A stretch of 16,471 nucleotides of DNA, taken from positions 1 to 16,471 of the forward strand of contig JAYWEM010000166.1 of NCBI GenBank assembly GCA_043779265.1, given 5' to 3'. The DNA comes from a bacterium (GTDB lineage Bacteria; Eisenbacteria; RBG-16-71-46). The notes under the pieces are model-generated. The model had not been told where the DNA came from. It did no database searches and saw only the letters and a list, made by a program, of their open reading frames with translations. Of this stretch, positions 16,112 to 16,471 are shown piece by piece; positions within the stretch are counted from its first letter, which is position 1, and every line of letters begins with the position of its first letter. Both the position numbers and the translations under genes were made by a program.

Positions 16112-16471
16112 TCAACTCGGACCATTCGCCTCGCGCTTCGCCGCCCGCTGCCTGCGTTTGTTCGCGCGAGACATCTTCTGCGACGGCGGGATGTATCGGG
16201 CTCCGGCCGCGAGCGCGTCGAGCTTCTGCTGCATCGCGGCGGTGCGCGTAAGCTCGTAGAAGATGGTGCGCTCACAGTGCTTCTCCTGCCTCAGCCATTT
16301 CACGACCCAGGCGAAGTCTTCTGCTCGCAACTCGAGGAGCTGCCTTCGCAGCCCGCGAATCTCATCAGCGTCGGCCCTGACCAGCCTCCCGCCTGACAGC
16401 GCATTGAACCGGAGCGCCTCCTGTTCATCCCATGCTGCCCCCCGGCTCCACGTCATGCGATGAATGATCAC
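16112..16471 (-). CDS. Hypothetical protein, probably the C-terminal part of a gene entering from the right edge
   Basis: Open to the window edge, with protein-like composition and GC3-rich codons. Basic C-terminal tail (RANKRRQRAAKRE). A hairpin overlaps the stop. Confidence 0.55.
   Translation of the reverse strand: MIIHRMTWSRGAAWDEQEALRFNALSGGRLVRADADEIRGLRRQLLELRAEDFAWVVKWLRQEKHCERTIFYELTRTAAMQQKLDALAAGARYIPPSQKMSRANKRRQRAAKREANGPS

Larger units (their letters stand above)
13592..16471. mobile_element. End of an integrative element (genomic island or prophage) inserted in a tRNA gene; continues beyond the right edge
   Basis: Bounded by the tRNA 3' fragment. Gene content switches from recognisable housekeeping genes to orphans, and codons look less GC3-biased by eye. 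No integrase in the window. Confidence 0.7.

Noticed and set aside
15730..16251. Small ORFs 15823..16251 (+), 15897..16115 (-), 15730..16005 (-) and 15821..16033 (-)
   Set aside because: They conflict with each other and have no convincing RBS or motif. None can be supported without homology data.
1..16471. CRISPR array, retron/RT, integrase or transposase
   Set aside because: No regularly spaced repeats and no ORF with RT, tyrosine/serine recombinase, DDE or Cas motifs in this window.

Overview
High-GC bacterial chromosome segment with two parts. Positions 1 to ~13550 look like core genome: a gnd-zwf pentose phosphate operon (minus strand, zwf cut by the left edge), an ArnT/PMT-like membrane glycosyltransferase with an AsnB-type amidotransferase, a convergent Fsr-like MFS transporter, a PAS-HisKA-HATPase-REC-REC-Hpt hybrid kinase behind a sigma28-like promoter, a NYN (LabA/DUF88)-OST-HTH protein, a voltage-gated-type K+ channel, and a Hanks Ser/Thr kinase with a TolB-like propeller. 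At 13560-13591 there is only the 3' end of a tRNA (most like tRNA-Cys, minus strand), the expected att scar of an element integrated in a tRNA gene, so everything to its right is probably a genomic island or prophage. Just inside that end is a ~630-nt non-coding stretch with nearly contiguous hairpins, a terminator-like end and flanking 14-bp direct repeats. It is followed by an orphan protein with a HEPN-like RxxxxH motif and a membrane-anchored coiled-coil protein. This structured-RNA + HEPN-like + membrane protein module is the best candidate for an undescribed system (RNA-antitoxin or anti-phage type). That is a hypothesis from motif reading only; no searches or folding computations were run.
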